Assembly (NCBI GenBank): GCA_012295275.1
Contig: CM022665.1
Coordinates: 35,154,001 to 35,218,000 of the forward strand
Direction of reading: 5' to 3'
Source of the DNA: Chrysomallon squamiferum
Taxonomy: Eukaryota; Animalia; Mollusca
DNA: 64,000 nt
The notes under the pieces were generated by a model, which saw nothing but the letters and a program-made list of their open reading frames with translations, was not told the origin of the DNA and ran no database searches. Shown piece after piece: positions 39,856 to 52,693 of the stretch (position 1 is the stretch's first letter; every line of letters starts with the position of its first letter). The translations under genes were made by a program, and so were the position numbers.

Positions 39856-42479
39856 GATTTGAAGTTATTAAAGGAAATACAAAATTTATAAGATTTAATC
39901 TAGAAAATAAAAATGTTTTAATTTACTTTTAATGTATAAGAAGTGTCCATAATATTTTTAAAGTGTACTGATAGATATGTAGTAACAAATAGTTGTTATA
40001 GGAATATATTGGACTCTTTGACTTGTTTGGGTTTATTAATGTTATTATCATATTTTATTATTTGGAAAGGCTAGTTTGAAGATTTAAATAAAACAATGTA
40101 AAACGTATTTAGACTGTTGTACAAACCACAGCCATGCTTTAAGAATCAATCACCTGGAAACAGATTTCTTTTTCAGGATTGTGCAAATAAACAGTATGAA
40201 AAATATTTCCTTCAGGCTTCTAAAGTGTGCTGTTTTACACCTTTTTCAAAAAAGAAAATTCTTATGTTATTGCATTTGATTGCCATTTTACATCATTTCA
40301 AAGCGTAAATAAGAAAACTATTATGTTATTGCTATAAACAATCTTAAAACAAATTACGCTTGATGTTTTCACATATAAACAGACATAAACATGTTTGGAA
40401 AAATAATATAAACACATTTAAAACTTTCAGTAAATTACATATCAACATTAATTTAATAAAAATGACTATTTCATCAGTAGCTTTTATAGCCAGATAAAAG
40501 AGACCTTTCAGTTTTGTACATACAGATATGCACATACATATATATTTACCACTGCATTTGACTTTGTACATACATGTAAAACATTATACCAAAAGTACTA
40601 ATTGCCCACATAAAATTTCTTTATGTGTGTGTATGTGTGTTCGTCTGTCTATATATAGAGAGAGAGAGAGAGAGATTTTATTGTTTATAATTTTAATTAA
40701 TTTACTTTGCATATAGCATACAGAGGTTATCACTTCAGCAAACATGAATTATGATGAGATATACACCAACAGCCCAACATTAACATTTAACTGAAGTGAA
40801 AATACATCTGGTGTATAGTATACACTGTTGTTACTCATGATGAGATGGGGTATGAAGAGGCACCATAAATGGTAACAAGGGTTCCCACGTATTAAGTTGG
40901 CCACATTTGAACTATATGATAGAGGTCTGACATCACTGTTGGTGTGGGATGTTCTCTATGGGCTGTCAGTCAGTACACTTTGGTGTGCCTAACTACAGAT
41001 TTCTTTCACTGATAGTGTGTCTGCACTCTCACTCAGATACTCAAACAGAAGAGAAAAAATACATATAGAAATGAAAGAAAGAAAATTTGATTTTTATTTA
41101 TTCTATTATTTTGTTTTTTATTTATGGTTTCATTTCAATGCGTATGATCATGTGATAACATGCCTTTTTTGTTTTTTGTATATTTCTTGATAACATGTCA
41201 TATATATAAATATATATATATAAAAGTACACACACACACACACGCACACACATGCACACACACTGACCTTTATATATTGGGAATATTTCAGTTAACTTAC
41301 TGGCTGCACACTTTTTCTCTGTAGAAATTCATCAAACAGGACAGAATTTCCTTCCATCACTGAGCATTACCAGCTATGGACTGTAATGTTCTGCAGAGCA
41401 GAATGTACATCAATAATAAAAAATAATAATTTAAAATTAAAATTAAAAAACCCAGAAAAAAATATATAAATGTTTATTCTTTAGCCCCATCAATTTCCAA
41501 TGTTTTAAAAAAGGTTAATGGAAAAAAGCAACAAAAAAAAAAAGTAAATAAATAAACCTTATTTTGCTATCAGAATAATTCTGAGCAGTCATATGTTGAT
41601 TACCTTTTAGATGAGGTAAATTTTCTTCTTTGCAGGTAAAGAATGTTTACAGAATATACATAACTAAATGCAATATGTACTAATGTTATATTAAAATTTA
41701 AAAGGTATTTACATTAACTATAAAAACAGTTTTAACCTTTGTGTCATGTTGTAAGATTAACATGCCATGCCATATACAAAATGAATGACCTCAGTTTGAT
41801 AGTTAATTTTAAACTGCAGAAACCTTCAGGGGTTGCATATTCATTTAATAGGAAAAACAGTTTGCTGTTTGGCAAACCTTACCAATCCTAACTCTGCCTG
41901 ATACAGCTGGTTTCAGGACATCAGCCAGTTATTATCTTCATTATACCACCCTTCATATATTTTTGTTACTACACTAGCTTCATAAACATTGTGGATAAGT
42001 ACTTATTAACTGAAATGTACAGGTTTTAAAAAAAATATAATAATGTATAATTATAAAATAAATAAATAGTCCTAATAAATAACTATAATCTGGTTTAAAT
42101 GCCAGAAACAGGCCTAAGAATGGGAATAAAGTAGCTCATGTTCTTGTTCCAGCTACAGGAAAACAAACAAAATTTAATAACTGCTCATTTTGGGGTTTTA
42201 TTTTGATTGTTCAGTAGCATATGTATTAATACTTTAAGATAATCTGTTTTTACTAATAACAAGAAATATTTAAAATCAGTTTTATTGTTCAGCCACAAGG
42301 ATTCTTTTATGTCTTTTTTTACTGTATAGCTGCAAGGAATTTGTTTGTACCATTAATTGGAAAGGGAATAGCTCCATTAAAGGAAAATTAGTTCTATAAT
42401 TATGATCATGAAAACAAAGAAGAAATGTTTTATGTAAATTTCATTTAAATTTCACATTTTTAATCTGCAGCTAAAGTCA

Positions 42480-42610
42480 TTCATATAACAAAATGGGTCT
42501 AACTACTTTTTTCACTTACCAAAAAGGATAATTTAAATGCACCTTTCAATAGATAGGAAAGCACAAGCCAAGGCTTTTAATTAACTAGCTGTTGGGCATA
42601 AGCTAGGATG
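42480..42610 (-). mobile_element. Decayed SINE-like fragment, opposite orientation
   Basis: Reverse complement resembles 17350-17385. Confidence 0.35.
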
Positions 42611-44760
42611 GTAAAATAACCTAATGGGCTAATTATACCAGAGAGTTATCTAAAGTTTTCTGCAGTTACCACAAGAGGCCCAACGTACTAGCTATAAATG
42701 GAGGTGTAAGGCCAAGAATGCTGGGTTGTCTCTGAGTAACCTTCCAAGTCACTGACATTGTTTTGATAAAACACAGAAAGGTTCAAAAATTGAAATAACA
42801 TGTTTTATTAGTATATGACTCATTCACTTTCCTTGCTAACCTCAGCTAGGTCTGCCCAGCTGTTGAAAGCTTGGCACTTCCATAACACATCAGGTACACC
42901 AGCATTTTTTACCTATTATACATAAGCTGTAACCATTTATAAATTTGCTTATACTGCAAGATAAACATAAGGTAAACAAATGCACTGCTGAACCTTAAAT
43001 TCAGATTTTCAGAACATCAAAAATGATTAATGGACAGATATAAATTGCTTTATAATTACTTAATGTTTTTTTGTGAAATTGGATGAATGAATGAATAGTT
43101 ATTTAATGACACCTCAACATAAAACAGATATAAGCTATGGTATCATTCTGTGGTCATAGTAATTAAACTTTTATTTTTCCTCTTTGTTATTTTTCAGGTT
43201 TTCTTTTTCTTTTTTTTGGTTTGTTAGTTAAAATTTGTTTCTTGTATTTCAGTTATTGTAATATTTATTATTTAACAACAAATTGTGTGGGTTTTTTGGG
43301 AGATGGTTTCATCAAAAATATAATGATAAATATATATTTTTAAAGAAAACAATCTGCTATTATAACTAAAATATAACCAAAATCCATATAAAATAAAAAC
43401 AGCGTTACGAAATACACAGCTTTTATATAATCTCTATTATCAAGTTATTGCAATAGCCCACAGTTAAGATTATGTTGCACACAGGTATCTTCTGAAACAC
43501 AAATATTTGGATACCTGTTGCAGTGATTGGTAAAGCTGATATCTGTAATGCATTCTAAGAATACACGTACTTGTCTGTGATTGTGTTTGAAGAATAGCTT
43601 GGTATTAACCAACGGGACATAAGACAATCTTGATAATGCCACACTGGTTACCTTCTCAAAGGTTGTAAAATGTCACTTAGTGGCTGGCATATTAGCATAT
43701 TGGAGTGTAGCTGATGTTACAGTAATATGTTAGATGAAGTTTTTTTTACAAAGCATCTATCTTCACTTGTACTCCTCACACCTGTTGAAGTAATTGTAAA
43801 ATCACCAGGTACCACAGACACTGGCACAGTGTCTTAATTCTTCTCAGTTACTCTAATTCTTTACAGATGCAGTAGCTTTCATAACAGTCTGACAATTTAT
43901 TTATCTTTTCTTTTTTATTTCTTCTTCTTTTTTTTAAAATTGTTTCTGATAGGGAGAATATGAAGAAAAAAAGGGTTTTCTTTTCCTTTCTTTTTTCATT
44001 TATTGTGGATGATAAAATAAACCAGAATGAAATCTTGAAAATAAATTAGAAATGCAAGAATTATATGGCATTTCATTTAAAGAAACAAAATTTCATTTCC
44101 TATCATTTATTTTTTAAAAGCCATTTTAAATCTTTTCATCAAGTAAATAAATATTTATATTAAATGCAAAATAAAAATAAACCAAAACTCCAGCAGATCA
44201 TGATTTCTATGGTTATTTTTCATTCTTCTTTAAGTTTGTGAAATTATTTTAGAATTATTGTTATTCAAGACACAAAATAAATATAAAAACATTGTAATGA
44301 AATATATTTTTGTTATGTCTTAAGTGTTGCAAATGCAAATCATATAACAATTATTCCATTTAATTTAATTTAATATATATATATTCTGCAGTCACTATAA
44401 ATAGAGGCAAGATGTGATGCCTGGATAATTTTCTATATTTTTGAACACTGACCAAAAATATAAATTTTTGGGAATTGAATTGTATTTACTTCAATAAATT
44501 ACTTGCTATTATGTCAAAATTTAATTCTTTAATGTTTAGTTGCTGGTATAGATCTTAAAAGACCATTGTGAATATAGTTTGCTTTAAAATAACAAATTAA
44601 TTGTTATTATTTAAGAACTACATATATTTTGTTCTGATGTATTGAGACACTGAAATCAATTCCATTAATCTACTGTCGAGAGTGGCGAGTTGAAAAATAA
44701 AACAGAGTCATTTAATTTTTTTATATTATTTAGGATTGCATGATAAAAGAAAAAACTGTT

Positions 44761-44880
44761 TATCGTCTTAAGACATCAGCTTTATCCTGCTCAGGTTGAA
44801 TGGTGATAGATGCTCAGTTAGCCTCACTGCAGACCGCCATTCTTAGCTTCACAGGATAAAGCTGATATCTTAAGACAGTA
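44761..44880. mobile_element. 120-bp foldback/mini-MITE
   Basis: 25-bp arms GTCTTAAGACATCAGCTTTATCCTG / CAGGATAAAGCTGATATCTTAAGAC (1 mismatch), inner gaatggtg/cgccattc pairing, TA flanks. Confidence 0.7.
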
Positions 44881-46575
44881 GCCACTTATAACCTGAAGAT
44901 GCAGCAGCACAGTCTATTAGTCTACTAAAAGCTTATCTACCATAACTCACTGACATCTTGTTTACTACATATATTTGTTGTTTTGCAAAAAATACCCTGC
45001 ACAATAATTGAAGAAAATGAAAAGCATGTTGCAGGTTATTCCCAGTGATTCTGTGAAGTAAATTTCTGATTACATCTTCAATGCTTTCTATCCAAGAAAT
45101 GAAGTTAAGGACTTACAAAACGTAGCAAAGCTAGCTGAGCTGGTTTGTGAGATTATCCAAAAAGTAAAATAAAGAAATGAAAATAAAGAAGAAGAGAAGG
45201 AATAAAGAAGAAAAAGAAAAAAAAAAGAGAGAGAGAGAAAATAAAATGTAAAAAAAGGTTTGTGTTATCTTGAGCAAAAGAAAAAAGTCTATCTCCTTTC
45301 TAGTATCAGAATAATTCTGAGCAGTCATCATGTGATTGTCTTTCCATAATGTCATTTCCTGAGGTCAGTTTTCCTGCTTCCCATGAAGAATGTTTGCAAA
45401 ATACTGCCATATCACTAGTTATTTCATAGTGTGATTATGAAATACTGTGATACCCAGCCAGTTATTTCACAGCAGTTATTTCATCTCTTTCGTCTGACTA
45501 GCCATTTATGATGAATTCTTTCCCTGTCACTTCAGACAGGAGTCAGAAACAATGACTGAATGGTGATGTGATGAATGGTATGTGAGAACATACACACAGT
45601 TGTAGTTCAGTTTGGTTGGTTGCTACTGATATTTTATCTTAGTTTTATTTGTTTTTCCATCAGTCTATTTAATATTATCTACACTGATAATGAGTTATTA
45701 TTTTAATGAAATAAAAAAACAGTAAAAAACCCTATGTAAACTGAATGTGTTTATGTGTGTATACATAATAACTGATTTTAGATTTTGATTATTGTGTTTT
45801 TAATTTCATCACCATTACACTCTTCTTACATTTTGTTCATACACAATAGATAAAGTTTTCTTTATTTTGCAATGTTGAAAAACACATTCATTACAGTGTT
45901 ATAGGTGCAGGAAAATAAAGTAACAGTTAATCAGTTTATTTGGTTGACTGACCAAAAAAGTTGTTTTGTTAATTGAATTACTGACTATTTAACTGATCTA
46001 GTAACCTCTTGAAATGTTTCATTTTTTATTTATTTTTTTACCAGTACTTGTCATTTATTTGTTATGATGATGTAATTGAAACTAAACTGGTTCAGCAAGA
46101 CTTATTACAGACATATTAGTGGAGGAAATTAAATTCTTTAACTTACGTAAAAAAAAAGTAAATAATAATAACAGAAAACTGATATGATTTTCTACATTAT
46201 ATATATAATATTACCAATATATTGTTGTTTTTATTTATTGTATATTTGTATTTTTATCCACACATGATTTATAACAGAAATCTGGACAGTTTTACAATAA
46301 TTATATGATTTGCTCTACAGATCTTGCTAGGATGTTTTGAAAACAAATTTGCAGAGATTTTTGTTATTTTTTCAAAACTGAACTTAATTTATAATAATTT
46401 TATATTTTCTGGTTTTTCAAGGACTGATATTCAAATATTTTCTAAACAGATATAATTAGCTCATACTGAAATGGTTGATTCCATTTTTGTTATGTTTTTT
46501 AAGAAGCAAAATGTATTTATCATAATTTTATATTTTTTGTTTGCTGAGCATTTTGTTATTTATGATTGTTTTTAG

Positions 46576-46750
46576 GATTTGTCCTACAAGGACAGACACT
46601 GGCATGAGTTTTGTTTCAAGTGTTGCAACTGTCAGAAGTCTCTGGTAGACCAGCCTTTCGCACCCAAGGACAACAGCATCTACTGTGCTGAGTGTCATGA
46701 TGAGAAATTTGCTGCCAGATGTGATGGTTGTCAGCAACCATTTCGAGGAG
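46576..46750 (+). CDS. Lmpt: Limpet exon: LIM3/LIM4 (DLSYKDRHWHEFCFKCCNCQKSLVDQPFAPKD...ARCDGCQQPFRG)
   Basis: DLSYKDRHWHE matches the FHL2 motif; ttttag| and GAG|GTAGTG; 175 nt, phase 0 to 1. Confidence 0.97.
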
Positions 46751-47070
46751 GTAGTGCTTTCTTTGTCAACATTTAATTTGAGGATGTAATTTGATCTTTG
46801 TTTCTTTATTTTCCAAATAGATATTTTCTTTTTGTTTTGTTTTTTTGTCATGTGAAAGTTTCTCATTATTTTTAAGAATAATCTGTCCATTTTTATTTCA
46901 AATATTTCATTTTGTTGTTGTAATTTGATGCTTTCTGTTAATATTTATCTGTCTCTCCAAAGATTGTCAAAAATACAGAACAAATAAAATACAGTAAAAT
47001 TTCAGAATGATAATGTGATGTAAAAATTAATTACTGTTATTGCTTTTATATTATTTATTTTATGGCCCAG

Positions 47071-47240
47071 GAATGAAGAAATTTGAATACAAGGGTAAGC
47101 AATGGCATGAAGAGTGCTTCACATGTGGTGACTGCAACAAGCCCATAGGTAACATGAGCTTCATCCCACGGGAAGACCGTGTCATCTGTGTGCCATGCTA
47201 TGAAGCAAACTATGCCCAGCGTTGCCAGAAATGCAGTCAG
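47071..47240 (+). CDS. Lmpt: Limpet exon: LIM4/LIM5 (GMKKFEYKGKQWHEECFTC...QRCQKCSQ)
   Basis: FHL-type EYKG..WHE.CF.C..C..PIG..SFIP; cccag| and CAG|GTAAAT; 170 nt, phase 1 to 0. Confidence 0.97.
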
Positions 47241-47462
47241 GTAAATATTAATGATAACAATAATGACGCCAATTAAAATCAGGATAATGGTTGTTGTGAT
47301 TTTGATAACAGTGATGATAATGATAACAATGATAATAATTATTATGATGGTGGTGATGAACATAACAAAAACAAGGATCATGATAATTATGGTGGTGGTG
47401 GTGATAATAATGACAATAATGATAGTAACAATAACAATGTTGTTAATGGTATTTTTTAAAAG
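47241..47462. repeat. Intron made of cryptic triplet repeats (GAT/AAT/AAC/GGT)
   Basis: 3-bp periodic low-complexity sequence across most of the 222-bp intron. Confidence 0.8.
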
Positions 47463-47649
47463 GTAATCAATAAAGGAGGCATTGCTTACAAGAGCCTGCC
47501 ATGGCACAAGGAATGCTTCACTTGTACAAACTGTAACAAAATGCTTGCTGGAGAGAAGTTCACCTCTCGTGAGGAGAAACCTTACTGTGGAGACTGCTAT
47601 GGTGAACTGTTTGCAAAGAAATGCTGCCGATGTACGAAGCCAATTACGG
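47463..47649 (+). CDS. Lmpt: Limpet exon: LIM5/LIM6 (VINKGGIAYKSLPWHKECFTC...LFAKKCCRCTKPITG)
   Basis: FHL-type GG..Y...PWHKECF.CT.C...L.G..FTSR; hand-translated; 187 nt, phase 0 to 1. Confidence 0.96.
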
Positions 47650-47968
47650 GTAATATAAAATGAGTTTCACATTCATTAAAAATTATCTTTGGTAGTTTTA
47701 TGTAATGCCTGAAGATACTTCACATTATTATATAGCTAATCACAACTTGTTTTTACTATTTTTTAAATGTGAATTCATGTATGATTGCAAAATGTTTCTT
47801 TCTCAAAATCTGAATGTCATGTTAGTAACCTAGTTAAATATTCATTTCTCTGTTGACAATATCAAAAATACAATATCATTTTATACTGTTTTGAAAAAGT
47901 ATTACTTAAAAATAAATTTTAAAAAAAGTTACATTCCGAGTATTTTACTATAAAGTTAGAAAAGACAT

Positions 47969-48011
47969 AACAAACAAACAAACAAACAAACAAACAAACA
48001 AACAAACTAAC

Positions 48012-48059
<48 letters not shown>

Positions 48060-48080
48060 AATAATAATAATAATAATAAT
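47969..48080. repeat. Compound (AAAC)n-(AACT)n-(AAT)n microsatellite
   Basis: Direct reading. Confidence 0.95.
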
Positions 48081-48164
48081 AAAATTAAATAAATAAAAAA
48101 TAATTAAAAGAAGAAACAAATGACCAAAGCCTTATAAAAAATTTCATCCAATTTTTTTTAACAG

Positions 48165-48313
48165 GGATTGGTGGAACCAAGTTCATCTCATTTGAAGACC
48201 GTCACTGGCACAGTGAGTGTTTCGTCTGTTATAAATGCAATGCATCAATGGTAGGACGAGGCTTCCTCATGAATTCCGATGACATCGTATGTCCTGACTG
48301 CGGCCGCAGCTAG
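48165..48313 (+). CDS. Lmpt: Limpet terminal coding exon: LIM6 (IGGTKFISFEDRHWHSECFVC...DDIVCPDCGRS*)
   Basis: GGTK(F/Y)ISFE.R.WH and ..CPDCG C-terminus as in FHL2/Lmpt; aacag| acceptor; TAG at 48311-48313. Confidence 0.97.
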
Positions 48314-51300
48314 ACATAACACACAGCAGTCAGTGCTAAGGCATAATTAGATGTTAGATAGGTAGTCATTTTACTGAAGGGGCTTTTGTGTGCATGGCAA
48401 ACAGGAGTGCCTATAGAACTGTTGGCCATTAGCTGTTTGGTCAGTGTGCGAGATTTTATAGTTTTAACTAGTTGTCAAAGATTGGGAAGTTTTGGAGTTA
48501 AAAACAATATATTAAAATAATAATAATAAAAATTTTAGTTTTTACTTCATGCTTATATAACCATAAAAATATTACTGTTTTTCTGTGTACTGTTAAAGAT
48601 TTTCTTTTTTCTTTTTCTTGAAAAGAGATAATCATAAAAGTGTACAGTATGAAAATAATAATGTTCCTGTTTTCATGTTAATAACTTTATTTTTTCAAAA
48701 TTCTAAATACTTTATAAAATCTTTGTATAACACAATATATAATAATTATAGGCATTTATATAAATCTGCTTTTAATGTTATTAATTTTTATTTGGCACTT
48801 GATAAATGGTAAATGCTTGGCATCAGTTATTTTTGCAATTCTTCTTCTTGCATCTTAGAACTTGCAAAATTTCTGAGAATGAAGACAGTGGCATAATTAG
48901 CATAAATAATGTTTACCAAAAATCTTTTAACCACTACTGATAAATTAAAAATATCTACTTTGTACAAAGTACTTAGATAAATATAAAGTTTATTTAATGC
49001 TTTCCTATTGCATATTAGTTATTTGAACATGACTTACAATGGTGCTATGTTGTTATTTATCTTTTCAATATAATGCTGTCTTTAATACAAACAAATTTCA
49101 AAGAAAATCTTTAAAAAATACTTTATGTTTATAGATGTTCTTTTTGCTTGTTACTTTCCAAAATGTTACTGGAACAATTTAGTTTTTCTTACTGTTCTTT
49201 AACTGTTATAGTGTACCTCTGTTGGTATAAAGCAATATTATGAAAACAATGCAAAGCAGCAACCCATGTCATACTTTATTATTATCAGAGGTTTGATGTC
49301 TGAACATATTTAAAACAACCACTCTGAAGTGAATTTAAAATCTTTAAATTTTTATTCACAGCACCAGAGGTATACTTTAAATAAAACTACTGCAATGATT
49401 TGTTATTTTGTATCTGCATTCATATTTTGGATGGTGCATTTTTATCATGTGTTTAGTAACTTTTAGTTGTTTATGTATCAGATCTTTCAATACAAAATAT
49501 TGTGTTCATTTTAGAAATCAATGATAAATGTTTTAAACATATGTATTTTTTATTTTGTTTTTAAACTTCAGTTTTTCAGACTCTGACTGCAGTCTTTCAT
49601 TTCTTGAATCAAAACCATGATCAAAATTGAAGTCTGTTTCATTATAGTCACACAGGTTAACTGTTGTTAAATATCTGGTTTTAATTAGTAACCAAACATT
49701 CTAAAATAAATAATAAAGGCTTTTATTAAGTAGACTTTGGTATAGAATTTTGATCAGTAAATGTATTCATTGGGTGATTACTGTACATTGCAATATACAA
49801 CACATTTAAAGAAGAATTATTCTTTAGCTTTTAATACATGTATCAGCTATATTAATTTGCAATACTACTATTTTCAGTGGGGTGTTCAGTATATTAATAT
49901 ATATTTCTCAACAGATTATATATCATTATAATAAGATTTAATTTTAATATCTGGTGTAACAATAATATTTATTGTTTGAAAAATTCTGTAACAGAAGTTT
50001 ACCCTAATTGATTGAGATAAAAAAAAAAAAAAAAAAAAAAAACAAACAAACAACAAAAAAAAATGCATCTATTTTATAGTGTCTTCCAGTTTTGTGGAGG
50101 AAACTGTATTTAATGCTTAAATGTTCTTAATGGATTGTTCTGTTTTGCTTTTGTTGTTGTATTATGAGTCAACACCCAATGGCATTGAGAGAATATGCAG
50201 TCACATTTGCTGGTTTTAAAGCCAGTTTAAAATATGTGATAATGTAGACATATGGTGTTTATTAGACTAAAGAAATTTTATTTAGAAATAAAACTTGGTT
50301 TTCAGACACTTGTTTATTGTTTTATACTACTGATACCAAATCAAGGTATAATTATGCAGAATGAAATGTCTTTGTGGTGAACCTTCTAACACTCTAATTT
50401 ATTATTTCAAATACTAGTAATTAATTACAGGCAACAGCAAAAAAACATAATAAATAATAATTATTATTAAAAGAAAATAAATGAAAAGATGATAAGACTA
50501 CAACAAAATTATCATTGTATTATTATATTTCTGTGAAGGAAAGACTACACTGTAAACCTGCCAAACTATTTTGTGCAGTCTGATGGTTTTTGTCTTACCA
50601 TTATTTCGCTTTTCCTGCCTAGGCCAAATCTTGCAAGATAATTTTTAAAATGCAAGAACAACATCTATATGTATCTATCTCTCTGTATGTGTGTGTAGTT
50701 GCATTTTCAAAACGATATATATATATATATAATAATGATAGCAATAAAACAAATAAACAAAGAGTAATGGAAAACATCTGTAATGCCACAACATAATCCT
50801 TTTTACATGTACAAGAAAAAATAAACTTTTTTTTCCATTGAAAGGAAAGAATATCTTTATGACAAGTGAATTATGAGCATACTAAGATATTTTTCCTTCC
50901 ACTGATACATTTTAGTCAGTCATCTGTCTGTCCACATGTGTTGTGTTCAGAACATTTTTTTTACTGATTAATGTTTTTTTTTGCTGTTCATCTGTGATTA
51001 TTTTAACACCAATAAATGTATTGGGCTTTTTCAATTTATTTTAATACATTTTTATTTTTTGTTTATTTATTTTTTTAACAAAGACAGTGTTTTCTGATTC
51101 TCTCCCCACCCCATTAATTTAATAGAAATGATAACATGATAATGTATTCATTTCATACCATTATGATATACTGTATACATTATTGCACATCACAGAATCA
51201 AAAAGATAAAGAACTGCAGTTTTGTCTTCCATATTATTAACTATCACTGAGATAAAAGGCACTTACGCAGTTTTTTAATATCATGATAACACTAAAACAA

Positions 51301-51378
51301 TAGTAGTAGTACACTGATAAAGTGTCAATTCTGATGATAGCATTCTTAAAATATTTCCATTAGGTATGTGTTGCTTTG

Positions 51379-51463
51379 TTATGTTACTGCAGCAGGTTTT
51401 CTCTTTCTGAAATAGTTGGGTGCTGCTTCATATAACCAGTCTGGGTCTACCACTGTCAAGTCT
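51379..51463 (-). CDS. DHX33: DHX33 terminal coding exon (DLTVVDPDWLYEAAPNYFRKRKPAAVT*)
   Basis: WLYEAAP.YFR C-terminus as in DHX33; TAA at 51381-51379. Confidence 0.94.
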
Positions 51464-52693
51464 CTGAAATGTGATGGCAAAATTATCAGAACCATTCTTA
51501 AGTTGTTTTATTTTTTCTTTTCTTGCACATTTATTTATTTTTTATGATTAAAAACAACAACAAAAAAAAGAAATAAAAAAGAAACAAAACCTAAAAGATT
51601 CAATCAAACTGCAATTCTCTGTTATTTAAAATGTTTTACAAAATAATTTAGAGAAAAGAGTCCTAAACTGAACATCGTAAGTATAACAACAGAAAAGTTC
51701 TGAAATCAACACTGTTTAATCATAAACAGCCATAGTACTTCAGAGTATAAGTTTTTTTAAATAAAAAAATAAAAGATAAATAATAACTTGGTGCAGCGTT
51801 AATAATCTGTCCTTGAATAAAACAAAGATTTTACAGATGAACATGTTATTCAGTACCAGAATGTTCACAATGCATGAGAAAAAAGAAAAAATTTAAGTTG
51901 AATAACAGAAAACAATGTTAACCCAGTCAGTCTGTGTAAATAAAGAATGCTGCAATGTCAACAGAGAGCACTGCTCAAACCCTACCATTGTTAGTCATAC
52001 AGGCAACAAAGAACTACAGACAGACAGACATGTACTTTGACATTAACTTGTGAATACTGTCTGTGTGTTTACACTCACTTCTAATATTTACCTCATCTGA
52101 TGAAACAGACACCACATGGGCAGATGTTAAGTTATTTTTATCTGGCACAGGTAAAATATATTTTGTGTCAATGTGACATATTTATGCAAATTTTGCTTTT
52201 GATATATCTATGCAGTACATTCTTTACATAACACATTTATTATATGCGTTAAAGATGTATGCACTGGATTAAGAAGAAAAAATCATACACAAGAAAAAAA
52301 AACACCAAAAAAACCTCCCCTCCTAAAAAAAACCCCAAAACTTGACAGAGTAATAAAAATAGAAATTAAAAACAAAACTGTAAAACCAACTCAATAATAC
52401 TAATAATGTATTACCTTCACACATACCAATGCAAGCAAGCATGCATATTTACTCTCACACATGCACACACATATATATATATACATAAATGCACACACAT
52501 AACCCCAGAAAATCAAAATTCAATAACACTGGGTAAAATAAAACCCACAATAATGAAAATTTTAACTATGGACTAAATGTGTAAACTCAACTGCAGATTA
52601 TCCACCTGTATAAAACCTAAGTACAGACTGAAAATCTTTTTTCTGCACTGATTTATATCAAATGTTATGCAGTAAAATATATGAAATGTTTAC

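Noticed and set aside
40731-40935. Two ATGATGA...CTGA segments resembling box C/D snoRNAs
   Set aside because: Terminal stems are not placed correctly and I could not recognise any rRNA/snRNA complementarity of 10 nt or more; snoScan would settle it
40863-42383. Perfect CArG boxes CCATAAATGG (40863) and CCATTAAAGG (42374)
   Set aside because: A few are expected by chance in 64 kb at this composition, and they are not near the candidate promoters
46528-46890. 120-aa minus-strand ORF
   Set aside because: Antisense shadow of Limpet exon 46576-46750
47055-47507. 150-aa minus-strand ORF and 71-aa plus-strand ORF rich in I/T/V/M
   Set aside because: Products of the triplet-repeat intron and the antisense of LIM exons; no domain
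50019-50042. Poly(A) tract as a retrocopy tail
   Set aside because: No upstream intronless CDS or target-site duplication; A-tracts are common throughout the window
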